Source: Bacteroidia bacterium (GTDB taxonomy: Bacteria; Bacteroidota; Bacteroidia; UKL13-3). Taken from it: a stretch of 64,000 nucleotides of DNA. Both the position numbers and the translations under genes were made by a program. Shown in pieces: positions 23,501-32,832 of this stretch (within the stretch, counting starts at the first letter, position 1; every line of letters begins with the position of its first letter). The stretch is taken from positions 14,120 through 78,119 of the forward strand of contig JBAYIE010000003.1 of NCBI GenBank assembly GCA_041665785.1, written 5' to 3'. Below the pieces are notes generated by a model that saw only the letters and a program-made list of their open reading frames with translations, was not told where the DNA came from and searched no databases.

Positions 23501-23869
23501 ATGCATACCGATGAACAATTGAATCAGTTTGGATTGGCGCTGACAGACCGGTTCGGGCCATTGCCTCAACAGGTTAACGATCTGATTGAATTCATCCGTT
23601 TGCGAGAAATCGGAAAGAAGCTGGGTTTTGAAAAACTCATTCTTAAAAACAGTACCATTGGTGCTTATTTTCCCGATGAGAAGAAACAATATTATTATCA
23701 GAGTGAATTATTTGCACGCATTTTAAAATTCGTGCAACTGCATTCGCAGCGTTGCAAAATGAAACAAAAGGGTAATCACCTGATGCTTTCGATTCAGCAT
23801 ATTTTGGGAATTCATCAAGCTAAAACGGTGTTGGGGGAGATGTTGAATTATGGAATGAAGAATGAATAA
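20510..23869 (+). CDS. mfd: Transcription-repair coupling factor
   Basis: 1119 aa with UvrB-homology N-terminus, DEAD/DEAH helicase motifs (LIIDEEQKFG, TATPIPRT) and TRG/C-terminal domain. Confidence 0.93.
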   Translation: MNLQELLSAYQSGEHMQHLAGKLTGSPSPKLRLTGLVGSADAIAAVSVFQITQCSQVFVFNDADEAHYFVADLESLMEGKSVLFFPPSYKRPFQIHQPENNQILERAEVLNRLHQLNQQGELIVTTAEALCELVISEADLHKNTYELKVGHTFDLEFFIEFLSEHHFERSDFVYEAGQFSIRGGIVDIFSFSNPQPYRIELNGDQIESIRTFKPDTQLSEKKIDRFFIIPNVQMEMDHAQRRNFFQYFPENTVLWMKDVQLTLEQVEQGWQKAADAREQYQPGEFDAPLLSNAQIFETAEALKQIFDRSKLVEFGTRSLYKEAKPIIFKCSPQPVFHKNFTLLIQNLKSNQQQGLTNLIFSDSSRQIERLYTIFEDLDRDVQFHPVYHALTKGFIDHDLKLACYTEHQVFDRFYRGHQTQAYSKTRILTLKELRDLRPGDFVTHIDHGIGKFAGLEKIEINGHLQEAVRLIYRDNDLLYVSINSLHKISKYVGKDGTQPRVHKLGSDVWEKVKNNTKRKVKDIARDLIKLYAKRKTQMGYAFSPDNYMQVELEASFMYEDTPDQSKASLDVKQDMENSNPMDRLVCGDVGFGKTEVAIRAAFKAVCDSKQVAVLVPTTILANQHYRTFKERLKDFPCSIDYLNRFKSSAEQKEILQKAKDGKLDILIGTHKLLSKELKFKDLGLLIIDEEQKFGVAAKEKLKAIKVNVDTLTLTATPIPRTLHFSLMGARDLSIINTPPANRQPVTTELHNYNDAFLKEAILHEVERGGQVFMVHHRVKDIYELGNHLMSLCPGVRVGVAHGQLAGDQLEDVMIKFIEGDYDVLVATTIIESGLDIPNANTIIINNAHMFGLSDIHQMRGRVGRSNRKAYCYLLVPSILNLTSDARRRLQAIEEFSDLGSGFNVAMRDLDIRGAGNLLGGEQSGFIAEIGFEMYHKILDEAVQELKEDEFSELFKEEQVHKIESKDCTIETDMEALIPDSYIRNISERLSLYNELSNMHTDEQLNQFGLALTDRFGPLPQQVNDLIEFIRLREIGKKLGFEKLILKNSTIGAYFPDEKKQYYYQSELFARILKFVQLHSQRCKMKQKGNHLMLSIQHILGIHQAKTVLGEMLNYGMKNE

Positions 23870-23880
23870 TTAAAAAATAA

Positions 23881-23990
23881 GAATGCGTCGCCCTGCCATA
23901 GCTTTAGCGGCGGCGGGAAGAATGCGTTGCCTCGCCATAGCTTTAGCGTAGGCGGGAAGAATGAAGGGCTTCGCCAAACGCAGGTGGTAT
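23881..23990. repeat. Imperfect 39-bp direct repeats (about 2.7 copies) between the convergent mfd and O-antigen-ligase genes
   Basis: gaatgcgtcgccctgccatagctttagcggcggcgggaa / gaatgcgttgcctcgccatagctttagcgtaggcgggaa / partial third copy. Confidence 0.5.
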
Positions 23991-24050
23991 AATCGCAGAC
24001 TTGGAATAGTTATTGGAAGCAGTAAAATTTTTGCGTAAGAAGAAGCTTAA

Positions 24051-25517
24051 TTATTCCTCAATACTTTCGGGTTCCTTATTAACTAACTTATCACCTGGAT
24101 TGTGATAGAGATCCATCGCAGTTATCATCGCAAAACTGCCCCACCACAATACGGCAATTTTATCGCTATCGCTGTAATTATTCATAACTCCATGTATTAT
24201 GTATGTGACAAGTCCCAGCATAATGCCCATCGACATCAGTCGTACCTTTCCTTTTCGTGCTTCATACAATAACCGAAATGCAGTAAGCAATACAAAATAA
24301 AGAATGGCCAGCAATGACAATAGGCCAATGATTCCCGATTCGCTCAGAGGACCCAGAAACTCGCTGTGTGCATTGCCTACATCCCCAAAATTGGTACTGA
24401 TAATTGTATGATAATTATACAACTGAAACGGTGCATATGTAAACATGTAGGTTCCCGGTCCGAAACCTGTAACCGGACGATCTTCAAACATCCTGTATGC
24501 ACTTACCCAACGGTTGATACGCTCCGCATTGGAAGCATCGGATTTGATATTGGAAACTGATTTTAAATGTACCGACATATTGTTGGAGGATACATCCTGC
24601 GTTTTCGACATCAGGTAGTAAATATCATTTTGAAACGTGATAAACAGAAAACTGCCTACTGCCATCAATACTAAAATGGTATTGAAACGAATACGTATAA
24701 AAATGGGAATTGCCAATGCTCCCGCTGCAATTACGCTAAGCCAGGCTGCGCGGGTATAAGAATAAACCAGGCCTTTGGTGAACAAATAAAACAGACCCGC
24801 TATAAACACCCACAGAATTGGATTAATTTTCAGGCGCTTGGGATACAATAAATAAAGAGCCAGCAGGGGAATAAAAAAAGCAATAGCCGCAGCATAAACT
24901 CCATGTGCCTCATAAAACGGTTGCATTACTTCATAGGAGGCATCTTTTGAATAGTTTTTGGCGCTGTGTTTGATCAGTGTATAAACAATTACAAAAGCCA
25001 ATGGAATGATATACAACCACAGGTACCGGCCTATATTGCTGAAGTTGCGAAAGAGCATAACACCCAGAAAATAAAACACTACAACGTACCACAGGCGGGA
25101 AAGGAAAAACTTAAAGGAGACAACCGGCAATTCGCTGGTAAAGCAGGTAATTAATACCCAAACCATATTGATGAGAATGGCAATAGAAATAGGATGTCGA
25201 AATACTTTATAATCGTATTCCGAGTGAATAAGAAATTTAAATATTGCCAGAATCATGATGAACATAATCATCGGTTCATCCGGTATGCTTACACCCAGTC
25301 CAAATCCTATATTATCGTAATGAAATGAAATGGGCACTGTAAAACAGAGCAGGAGCAATGTAGTTTCAAGCTTAAACAACAAGAGGAATAAACTTGCCAA
25401 AGCAAAAGGCAGAAGGGTTATCCAATCAGTATCAGTAGCTACAGCATACCCATTCAGCAGGACAAATACTGCGCTGAGTATATAATAAAGCCGGTTCGAC
25501 AAGGCCACGTTAGCCAT
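24051..25517 (-). CDS. O-antigen ligase/polymerase family membrane protein (Wzy_C-like)
   Basis: More than 10 TM helices and a large periplasmic loop containing a …YTRAAWLSV… type segment. Confidence 0.75.
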   Translation of the reverse strand: MANVALSNRLYYILSAVFVLLNGYAVATDTDWITLLPFALASLFLLLFKLETTLLLLCFTVPISFHYDNIGFGLGVSIPDEPMIMFIMILAIFKFLIHSEYDYKVFRHPISIAILINMVWVLITCFTSELPVVSFKFFLSRLWYVVVFYFLGVMLFRNFSNIGRYLWLYIIPLAFVIVYTLIKHSAKNYSKDASYEVMQPFYEAHGVYAAAIAFFIPLLALYLLYPKRLKINPILWVFIAGLFYLFTKGLVYSYTRAAWLSVIAAGALAIPIFIRIRFNTILVLMAVGSFLFITFQNDIYYLMSKTQDVSSNNMSVHLKSVSNIKSDASNAERINRWVSAYRMFEDRPVTGFGPGTYMFTYAPFQLYNYHTIISTNFGDVGNAHSEFLGPLSESGIIGLLSLLAILYFVLLTAFRLLYEARKGKVRLMSMGIMLGLVTYIIHGVMNNYSDSDKIAVLWWGSFAMITAMDLYHNPGDKLVNKEPESIEE

Positions 25518-25529
25518 GCACCTTCAGAT

Positions 25530-26561
25530 TTAAGGTTGAATTTTTTGCCTGAATTCCCTGAACTTTTCAGCTCCAATCAGGAATACACATCCCATTACAA
25601 AACCTGCCAGTGCGGATATAACTGATATAATGGTACGTCGCGGATAGGCTTTGAAATTGGCAACGGTTGCATTGCTGATAACAAATACATTGCTGAGTTC
25701 AGCGTTCAAATCTACGCCGGCTTGTTCGTATTTAGTTCTCAGTATCGACAAGTTTTCAGTTTCCAGTTCCAGTAAAGTGAGCAGCATAAAAGCTTCTCCT
25801 CCGTGTTCGGTTAAGCCGGCTTTTTCTTTATCCAGACTGGCACCTCCATGACCGCTCCCCTGGGCTTCAGAAATTCCCTTGGATTGGTTTCCGAAGTCGT
25901 AAACGCCGTGTGCACCAAGTTCTTTTAAACGATTTCGGATCGAGTCGGTAAACTGAAGCTTGGAAAGGTATTCCTTCTCCACGATATCGTAGATTTGTTT
26001 GGCAACTTTGTGATGCACTTCATGCTTCATCTGATCAAGCAACTCTACAATCCCGTTTGCCATCTCGGCAGCCTTTTCCGGTGAAGGATCCATCACAGAA
26101 ACTTTGATGGAATTAAAATCAGTGCGATTAAACAGGATATTTTCCTGATAAATTTTACCCATCTTTTTCTGGTCCTCCAGTTTGTTGGGATCAAGCCTAT
26201 AATGTTCGTACAATTTGTATTTCTGTATGATTCTTCCACCCAGATCATCCGACTGAAGCATTTGCAAGTATTGTTCTGTTACTTCCTGATCAGCAAACAT
26301 CAAAGGATCGCGGGTTTTTTGATTGTTGGAATAAAACAAGGCCGATGAAATTGAATTGGTTGTACCCGGATAAAAGATACATACCGAACGGAATTTTGGA
26401 GTGATTAACCAGGGACCCGATGCAATAAGTCCGATTAATCCCGCGCTTACACCCGTTATCAACAAACGTTTCCAATTTCGGAATAAAAAAAGGATGACTT
26501 CTGAGAATTCAAAATTGTAGCTCTGGTGTTTTTTACTCATGTCGTCAGGTTTTGATTGCAA
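25530..26561 (-). CDS. Wzz-like polysaccharide chain-length determinant family protein
   Basis: One N-terminal TM and one C-terminal TM flank a coiled-coil periplasmic domain; typical PCP/Wzz topology. Confidence 0.6.
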   Translation of the reverse strand: MQSKPDDMSKKHQSYNFEFSEVILFLFRNWKRLLITGVSAGLIGLIASGPWLITPKFRSVCIFYPGTTNSISSALFYSNNQKTRDPLMFADQEVTEQYLQMLQSDDLGGRIIQKYKLYEHYRLDPNKLEDQKKMGKIYQENILFNRTDFNSIKVSVMDPSPEKAAEMANGIVELLDQMKHEVHHKVAKQIYDIVEKEYLSKLQFTDSIRNRLKELGAHGVYDFGNQSKGISEAQGSGHGGASLDKEKAGLTEHGGEAFMLLTLLELETENLSILRTKYEQAGVDLNAELSNVFVISNATVANFKAYPRRTIISVISALAGFVMGCVFLIGAEKFREFRQKIQP

Positions 26562-26571
26562 TAATACTTAC

Positions 26572-28023
26572 TTACTTCTTAATTGACTTAATATTTTGCC
26601 ATAACAGGGTCATTTCATTGCGGATTCCAATCATTCTGAATGCCAATATCCAGCTTAATGTAAACAGCACTCCTATAGCCAGCGTAATTTCCAGAGCGAT
26701 TTCCAGACGGTGGAGCACTAAAACCAGACCTGTAACGGAAACAAAGTAACCGATAAATTTCAAATAATAGCCGACAGGATGTTTTAATTCGAGGCGTACT
26801 ACCGCAAAACCAAATTTACCAAATCCCACAATACTATGTGTGATGAGGGCTGTAATGGCAGCTCCTTTGGCACCCAACAAGGGTATCAGCAGCAAATTGG
26901 AAATTATATTAACGACCAGGGCAATGATGCAAATGGCATTCAGAATACGGAGTTGAGCCCCAGCCGTAAGCATCGAACCATAAATATACATGAATGAATA
27001 AGGTATAAAACAAAGGATCAGCAATCCAAATACCTCTGCGGTATAAGCCGACGATTGGGGCGAAAGGAGCTTCATTATTTCGTGGTTATAGGTGCTGCAC
27101 AAAACGGCAAATAAAATCACGGGCAATAGTACAATGGTTGATAAGATCCGACTCAATGCTGAAAGGTTTTCCCGTGCACTGATCATGCGCGCGAAGAAGG
27201 GGACCATAATTACGGCAGTGGCTCCAATCATCATATTGGCTGCCTCCAGCAAGCGGCCGCCGCTGGCAAAAATCCCGTTTTCCAGATCACCGTTTACCAG
27301 CATTTTTTTCATCAGTAACATATCCGATCGGGAATATAACAGCATCACAAATGAAAGCAAAGCGTACGGCAGTGTTTTGTGAAATAACTCACGCAACAAA
27401 TCCCATTTAAAGGAGAATTTAAAAAAGGTGAGGTGTGGAAATAATATGAGCAGCCCCATTATCATAACGGCCACATAACCCATGGTTTGAATTGCAATAA
27501 AATAATAGAGATTGACCTCAAAAAATATTCCCCTCACCATTAACAAGCCCAGTAAAATCATAACAAAACGATCAACTGCCGATAATAATGCATCCGTTTT
27601 AAACAATTGAATCCCCGTTATACAACTTCGGATAAAGGTGCTGAAATGAGCAATCACCTGATTTATCGATAGCAGGAGGATAAAACCGAGCATTTCTCCT
27701 CGCGCTCCATACAGGTATGCCCAGATAAAAGTCAACAGCAAATACAAACTCGATAACAGAAATTTTAAGGAAATCAATGATGAGAACTGACTGCTCAGTT
27801 TAGAAGGATCAGTAGCAATGGTGGAACTGTTAAAATTGTTTATTCCAAAATCCAGTAACATCGTCAAAATCATGGAAATGCTAAACAGATTGGCATAAAT
27901 TCCATAGGTCTCATTGCCCACCAGATTCTGAAAATTCCGGTCAATTCCCAGAATCCAGAATGGTTTAATCAGCAGGTTCACACCCAGCAGGAGGATAATG
28001 TTAAAGAGCAGTTTTTTCTGCAT
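26572..28023 (-). CDS. Oligosaccharide flippase (Wzx/MOP superfamily polysaccharide biosynthesis protein)
   Basis: 483 aa with about 12-14 TM helices and no soluble domain. Confidence 0.8.
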   Translation of the reverse strand: MQKKLLFNIILLLGVNLLIKPFWILGIDRNFQNLVGNETYGIYANLFSISMILTMLLDFGINNFNSSTIATDPSKLSSQFSSLISLKFLLSSLYLLLTFIWAYLYGARGEMLGFILLLSINQVIAHFSTFIRSCITGIQLFKTDALLSAVDRFVMILLGLLMVRGIFFEVNLYYFIAIQTMGYVAVMIMGLLILFPHLTFFKFSFKWDLLRELFHKTLPYALLSFVMLLYSRSDMLLMKKMLVNGDLENGIFASGGRLLEAANMMIGATAVIMVPFFARMISARENLSALSRILSTIVLLPVILFAVLCSTYNHEIMKLLSPQSSAYTAEVFGLLILCFIPYSFMYIYGSMLTAGAQLRILNAICIIALVVNIISNLLLIPLLGAKGAAITALITHSIVGFGKFGFAVVRLELKHPVGYYLKFIGYFVSVTGLVLVLHRLEIALEITLAIGVLFTLSWILAFRMIGIRNEMTLLWQNIKSIKK

Positions 28024-28109
28024 CAGCTATTTAAAGGAATCAACGTGAATGATGCTCAAAACTATATATTCGCATGTAACAGGCAAAACATGTTGTTCAC
28101 AAACCAGGA

Positions 28110-29234
28110 ATGCGCATAGGAGTAAATGTACGGCTGCTGATTAAAAACAGGATAGATGGGATATCCCGGTTTTCGTTCGAAACCCTGAAACGGATTACAA
28201 CCAATCATCCTGAGCATACGTTTGTTTTCTTTTTTGACCGGCGCTATTCAGATGAATTTATATTTAGTTCCAATATCAGGCCTGTAGTGGTTCCCCCTCA
28301 AACCCGCCGACCCTTTTTGAACGAAATATGGACCGGTTATACCTTACCCATGGCCATGAAAAAACATCCGTTGGATTTGTTTCTTTCTATGGATGGATTA
28401 TTGCCTTTGTCTACAAAAGTGCCCTGTTTACCGGTAATTCACGATCTCAATTTCGAACATCATCCCGAATGGTTGCCCAACTACGCGGTAAAATATTATC
28501 AGAAACGGTATCCTCAGTTTGCCGCAAAAGCAAAGCGGATTATTACCGTATCCGAATTCTCCAGACACGATATTGCTACGCGTTATGGCATTCCTCTGGA
28601 ACGGATCGATGTCGTATATAACGGCGTTTCTGACCGTTTTCATTCTTTGCATGCAGATGAACAACAACGCATCCGAAATCGGTTTTCCAATGGAGTTCGC
28701 TATATGTTATTTGTAGGATCATTGCATCCACGCAAAAATATCCTGAAAACCCTGCTGGCATTTGATGCATATAGATCCCAAACCAATGCAATTTGCAAAT
28801 TGGTCATTGCCGGTGAAAAATACTTTGGGAACCACGAAATGGAGCAGGTGTATAACCAAATGCAATTCCGGGAGGATGTAATTTTTACAGGAACGGTATC
28901 GGATGATGACCTGATTCAATTGTATGCAGCAGCACAAACATTTGTTTTTGCATCACTTTTTGAAGGATTTGGGATTCCGGTGCTGGAATCGATGAAGAGT
29001 GGCTGTCCGGTTATTGCATCCAATACCACTTCATTGCCCGAAGTATGTGGCGATGCAGCCATTCTGGTCAATCCTGACGACCCGCAGGAAATTACCCGCG
29101 CCATGATTGAGATGGATCAGGAACAAATCCGTGATAAATACATTAATCTTGGAGTCCGGAGAGCCGCTCACTTTACCTGGGATCAATCGGCCGCTCTTTT
29201 ATGGAAAAGCATAGAACAAACTAAACAAACTTAA
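28110..29234 (+). CDS. Glycosyltransferase family 4
   Basis: GT-B C-terminal motif [28 protein letters not shown]. Confidence 0.85.
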   Translation: MRIGVNVRLLIKNRIDGISRFSFETLKRITTNHPEHTFVFFFDRRYSDEFIFSSNIRPVVVPPQTRRPFLNEIWTGYTLPMAMKKHPLDLFLSMDGLLPLSTKVPCLPVIHDLNFEHHPEWLPNYAVKYYQKRYPQFAAKAKRIITVSEFSRHDIATRYGIPLERIDVVYNGVSDRFHSLHADEQQRIRNRFSNGVRYMLFVGSLHPRKNILKTLLAFDAYRSQTNAICKLVIAGEKYFGNHEMEQVYNQMQFREDVIFTGTVSDDDLIQLYAAAQTFVFASLFEGFGIPVLESMKSGCPVIASNTTSLPEVCGDAAILVNPDDPQEITRAMIEMDQEQIRDKYINLGVRRAAHFTWDQSAALLWKSIEQTKQT

Positions 29235-29239
29235 ACTAT

Positions 29240-30907
29240 ATGAAATCAGATATTGAAATTTCGCGCGAAACCAAACTCAAACCTATTCAGGAAATTGCGG
29301 CTTACATTCAAATTCCGGTAGAGAAATTAATTCCATACGGACACAATAAAGCCAAAATCGATTTGTCGGTTCTGGATGAATCAAAAATCAAACAATCGAA
29401 CCTGATCCTGGTTACGGCAATTTCTCCAACAAAAGCAGGTATCGGCAAAACCGTTACTACAGTAAGTTCAGCTTTGGGTTTGAACAAGATCGGAAAGAAA
29501 TGTATCGCTGCTTTGCGCGAACCATCCCTGGGACCGGTATTCGGTATGAAGGGTGGAGCGGCCGGTGGGGGCTATGCCCAGGTATTGCCCATGGAAGATA
29601 TCAACCTGCATTTTACCGGCGATTTTCATGCCATTACTTGCGCCAACAATACAATCGCTGCCTTATTGGACAACTATCAATACAATAACCTCAATACCGA
29701 TAAGGCTTTGAAACAAATTACCTGGAAACGGGTACTCGATGTGAACGATCGCTCTCTGCGTTTTATCAATACCGGAATGGGGGGCAGAACCAATGGTATT
29801 CCACAGGAAACCGGTTTTGATATTACACCGGCTTCTGAAATCATGGCTGCTCTTTGCCTTTCCGAAAGTTTCGACGATCTGGAAGCACGCATTGAACGCA
29901 TTATCCTTGGATATAAACTGGATAATTCTCCGTTTACCGTTAAAGACCTTGCAGTTGGCGGAGCAATAACTATCCTTCTGAAAGATGCCATTATGCCAAA
30001 CCTGGTGCAGACCACTGAAAATACTCCGGCTATCATTCATGGCGGACCCTTTGCCAATATTGCCCACGGTTGTAATTCCGTAATCGCCACAAAAATGGCG
30101 TTGAGTTGTGCTGAATATGTAGTTACCGAAGCCGGTTTTGGAAGCGATCTGGGAGCTGAAAAGTTTCTGGATATCAAATGTCGTGTTGCAGGATTGCAGC
30201 CTAAAGCTACTGTTTTGGTTGTAACTACCCAGGCCTTAAAAATGCATGCGGGAATCGAAGGCGACGAAACCAAAAAGCCCAATAAAGAAGCCTTAACCAA
30301 AGGTTTACCGAATTTACAACGCCATATTGAAAATCTGACCAACTTTGGGCAAAGCATCATTGTTTCAGTGAATAAATTCCATTTCGATATGGATGCTGAA
30401 TTGGAAATCATTCGTCAGTTCTGTCATACCCACGGAGCCTCGTTTGTAGTAAATGAAGCATTTGCCAAAGGTGGAGAAGGTGCAATTGAACTGGCAAAAA
30501 TGATAGTTGAAACAGTAGAAAAACGTCCATCAAAACCCATTCAATATACCTACGATCTGGAGGATAGTATAGAACCGAAGATTGAGAAAATTGCTAAAAA
30601 GATCTATCGTGCCGAAAAGGTGGAATTCAGCAGCAAAGCCAATGCAGTATTGACCCGGATCCGCAAAAACGGTTGGAGCAACTTGCCCGTGTGCATTGCC
30701 AAAACACAATATTCATTCACCGATAATCCGGAGAAATACGGAGCGCCAACCGGCCACGTTTTGCATGTTCAGGATCTGGTGGTAAACACCGGAGCCGGAT
30801 TTGTAGTAGCTGTGTGTGGAGATATCATGCGCATGCCGGGCTTGCCAAAAGTTCCTGCAGCCATGGGCATGAGCATGAAAAACGGAGTGATCGAAGGACT
30901 GAGTTAA
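29240..30907 (+). CDS. fhs: Formate--tetrahydrofolate ligase
   Basis: 555 aa with P-loop-like [13 protein letters not shown] and the FTHFS signature …[23 protein letters not shown]…. Confidence 0.95.
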   Translation: MKSDIEISRETKLKPIQEIAAYIQIPVEKLIPYGHNKAKIDLSVLDESKIKQSNLILVTAISPTKAGIGKTVTTVSSALGLNKIGKKCIAALREPSLGPVFGMKGGAAGGGYAQVLPMEDINLHFTGDFHAITCANNTIAALLDNYQYNNLNTDKALKQITWKRVLDVNDRSLRFINTGMGGRTNGIPQETGFDITPASEIMAALCLSESFDDLEARIERIILGYKLDNSPFTVKDLAVGGAITILLKDAIMPNLVQTTENTPAIIHGGPFANIAHGCNSVIATKMALSCAEYVVTEAGFGSDLGAEKFLDIKCRVAGLQPKATVLVVTTQALKMHAGIEGDETKKPNKEALTKGLPNLQRHIENLTNFGQSIIVSVNKFHFDMDAELEIIRQFCHTHGASFVVNEAFAKGGEGAIELAKMIVETVEKRPSKPIQYTYDLEDSIEPKIEKIAKKIYRAEKVEFSSKANAVLTRIRKNGWSNLPVCIAKTQYSFTDNPEKYGAPTGHVLHVQDLVVNTGAGFVVAVCGDIMRMPGLPKVPAAMGMSMKNGVIEGLS

Positions 30908-30920
30908 ACAACACAATCCG

Positions 30921-31523
30921 GTGGGGCTGAAACGATTTTACCAGCGGGGCCAGATCGAAGCCGGGTGTGATGAAGCCGGACGCGGTTGTTTGGCCGGTCC
31001 GGTATTTGCGGCGGCAGTAATTCTTGATGAGCAATATCCGATTCGTGGACTGAACGATTCAAAAAAACTTACCGAAAGCAGGCGCAATGACTTGCGTCTG
31101 GAAATTGAAGAAAAGGCCTTGAGTTTTGGCGTAGCTATGCTGGACAATCGTCAGATCGATACGTTCAATATTTTAAAAGCTTCATTTAAGGCAATGCATG
31201 CAGCCATCGACAAGCTCGTGCATGAACCGGCCCTGTTGCTGATTGATGGAAACCGTTTTATTCCCTACAAAAAGATCCAGCATACCTGCGTGGTGAAGGG
31301 GGATGGGAAATATCAATGCATAGCCGCAGCTTCAATTTTAGCCAAAACCTATCGCGATGAGTTTATGATGCAGGTACATGCCGATTACCCGCAATACGGA
31401 TGGGATCACAACCGGGGTTACCCCACTGCAGTGCATCGTGAAGCCATACGCCGTCATGGAGTTACTCCGTATCACCGCCTGTCGTTTACACTGTTGAATG
31501 ATCAGTTGAGTCTGGAGTTATAG
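30921..31523 (+). CDS. rnhB: Ribonuclease HII
   Basis: Motif CGCDEAGRGCLAGPVFAAAV. 200 aa. Confidence 0.93.
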   Translation: MGLKRFYQRGQIEAGCDEAGRGCLAGPVFAAAVILDEQYPIRGLNDSKKLTESRRNDLRLEIEEKALSFGVAMLDNRQIDTFNILKASFKAMHAAIDKLVHEPALLLIDGNRFIPYKKIQHTCVVKGDGKYQCIAAASILAKTYRDEFMMQVHADYPQYGWDHNRGYPTAVHREAIRRHGVTPYHRLSFTLLNDQLSLEL

Positions 31524-32190
31524 GAACACTAGCCCTTACCATATGCCGCTTCATTGGCGGGCCGGGAAGTCGATCTACTGAAAATCCGGCAGCACGCAGA
31601 TTGCGTTTTACCTCTCCTTTTGAAGAATAAGTAACGAGTATTCCACCCGGATTCATCCAGGAATGTATTTGCTGAAATACTGCCAATGTCCACAATTCAG
31701 GTTGCTTGTCGGGTGCAAAAGCATCGAAATAAACCAGGTCGAATTTCAGATCGGGTTGATAATCCAGCAAAGAGCACAAGTGCTTATGTAGGGTAAAGCC
31801 TGAATTCAGCTCAACCGGAGCATTCCATTCAGCCTGATGCAACCGGAAAAATAGCTGTGGATCTGCATTGGGAGCGAGGTTGGTATAATTCAGTACAGCA
31901 ATCAGCGCATCCGGAACAGGATGTGTTTCCAATGCATGGTAATCTATTTTAAGATTAAAACTTTGATTGGCCAGCAAGGTCAAAAAAGCATTCAACCCGG
32001 TTCCAAAGCCTACTTCCAGGATGCAGATAGACGAAGAAGAACCAGCTTTCCAATTCAGACCCTGTTCGATAAACACATATTGGCTTTCCTGCAGGGCACC
32101 GTTGCGGGAATGGTAGGTCTCTTTCAATTCCGGAACATAGAGTGTATTTGACTGATCCGCTGTTTTAATGATTTCGATGCGCACCGACAA
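31486..32190 (-). CDS. mnmC: tRNA 5-methylaminomethyl-2-thiouridine biosynthesis methyltransferase domain protein (MnmC C-terminal/MnmD-type, DUF752)
   Basis: SAM-binding motif ILEVGFGTGLNAF. 234 aa. Its 3' end overlaps rnhB convergently by 38 nt. Confidence 0.7.
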   Translation of the reverse strand: MSVRIEIIKTADQSNTLYVPELKETYHSRNGALQESQYVFIEQGLNWKAGSSSSICILEVGFGTGLNAFLTLLANQSFNLKIDYHALETHPVPDALIAVLNYTNLAPNADPQLFFRLHQAEWNAPVELNSGFTLHKHLCSLLDYQPDLKFDLVYFDAFAPDKQPELWTLAVFQQIHSWMNPGGILVTYSSKGEVKRNLRAAGFSVDRLPGPPMKRHMVRASVPITPDSTDHSTV

Positions 32191-32370
32191 ATGTAAGCAC
32201 CTTTGAATTAGGTGGTAAGGTTGAATTGAAATAAATGAAACGCTTGATTTTATCTCCTATTCACAATGTATCCTTGTAAGGAGGTTATTCAGCATGCCTA
32301 TTACCATTTCGCTCGACTGATTTATTTAAAGGATTGCGCTGCGCGCCATCCCGTTTGGGGGAGGCTTCAA

Positions 32371-32416
32371 CCAAATAAATACCGCTCCTCCTGCGTCGGA
32401 GCTTCGTATTTTTATT
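32371..32416. terminator. Bidirectional hairpin terminator
   Basis: gctcc-tcctgcgtc-ggagc hairpin flanked by ccaaataaatacc upstream and ttcgtatttttatt downstream. Confidence 0.5.
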
Positions 32417-32480
32417 CCCACCATGCTCGCTGAAGTGCAACCCAACGTTAAGGCCAAATGCACTTCGTTCGCCTGGTGGA

Positions 32481-32502
32481 AATAAAAATACCCCTAACGG
32501 GG
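32481..32502 (-). terminator. Rho-independent terminator of tRNA-Ser
   Basis: Minus-strand ccccgttagggg hairpin followed by tatttttatt, immediately 3' of the tRNA. Confidence 0.65.
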
Positions 32503-32514
32503 CATTCATTTATT

Positions 32515-32604
32515 GGCGGAGAGTGAGGGATTCGAACCCCCGGACCTGTTACAGTCAACAGTTTTCAAGACTGCCGCAATCGACCACTCTGCCAACTCTC
32601 CGCC
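32515..32604 (-). tRNA. tRNA-Ser (anticodon UGA)
   Basis: Reverse complement reads ggcggagagttggcagagtggtcgattgcggcagtcttgaaaactgttgactgtaacaggtccgggggttcgaatccctcactctccgcc. It has a 7-bp acceptor stem, a T-loop GGTTCGAATCC, a long variable arm (type II) and an anticodon loop cTTGAaa. No encoded CCA. Confidence 0.9.
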
Positions 32605-32832
32605 GCGAAAGTAAGATTGTACTTTAATCTTAACAAGTTTTTTTAAAAGTTCTTCTGAATCGCTGTAATTCCAGCGTTTCGGATCAATCTCGGAAGATTT
32701 ATTGTGCAACATTATCCCTTAGAAGCCATACCTTTTGATTCATTGAACAGGCACATTTAAAAACCTGACCCACGCCATTAAAGCTTCGAATTAAGCCCAT
32801 TTTAACTCCAACTCCGGTCTAATCTGCTAACT

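Noticed and set aside
32285-32712. ORFs 32285..32509 and 32506..32712 (74 and 68 aa)
   Set aside because: They overlap tRNA-Ser and its terminator hairpins, and are Arg/Gly-rich translations of GC-rich structured RNA sequence. Spurious.
32605-32832. Possible integrated element at the tRNA-Ser locus
   Set aside because: No integrase, no direct repeat of the tRNA 3' end, and the neighbours are a T9SS cargo gene and mnmC. No evidence of a genomic island.
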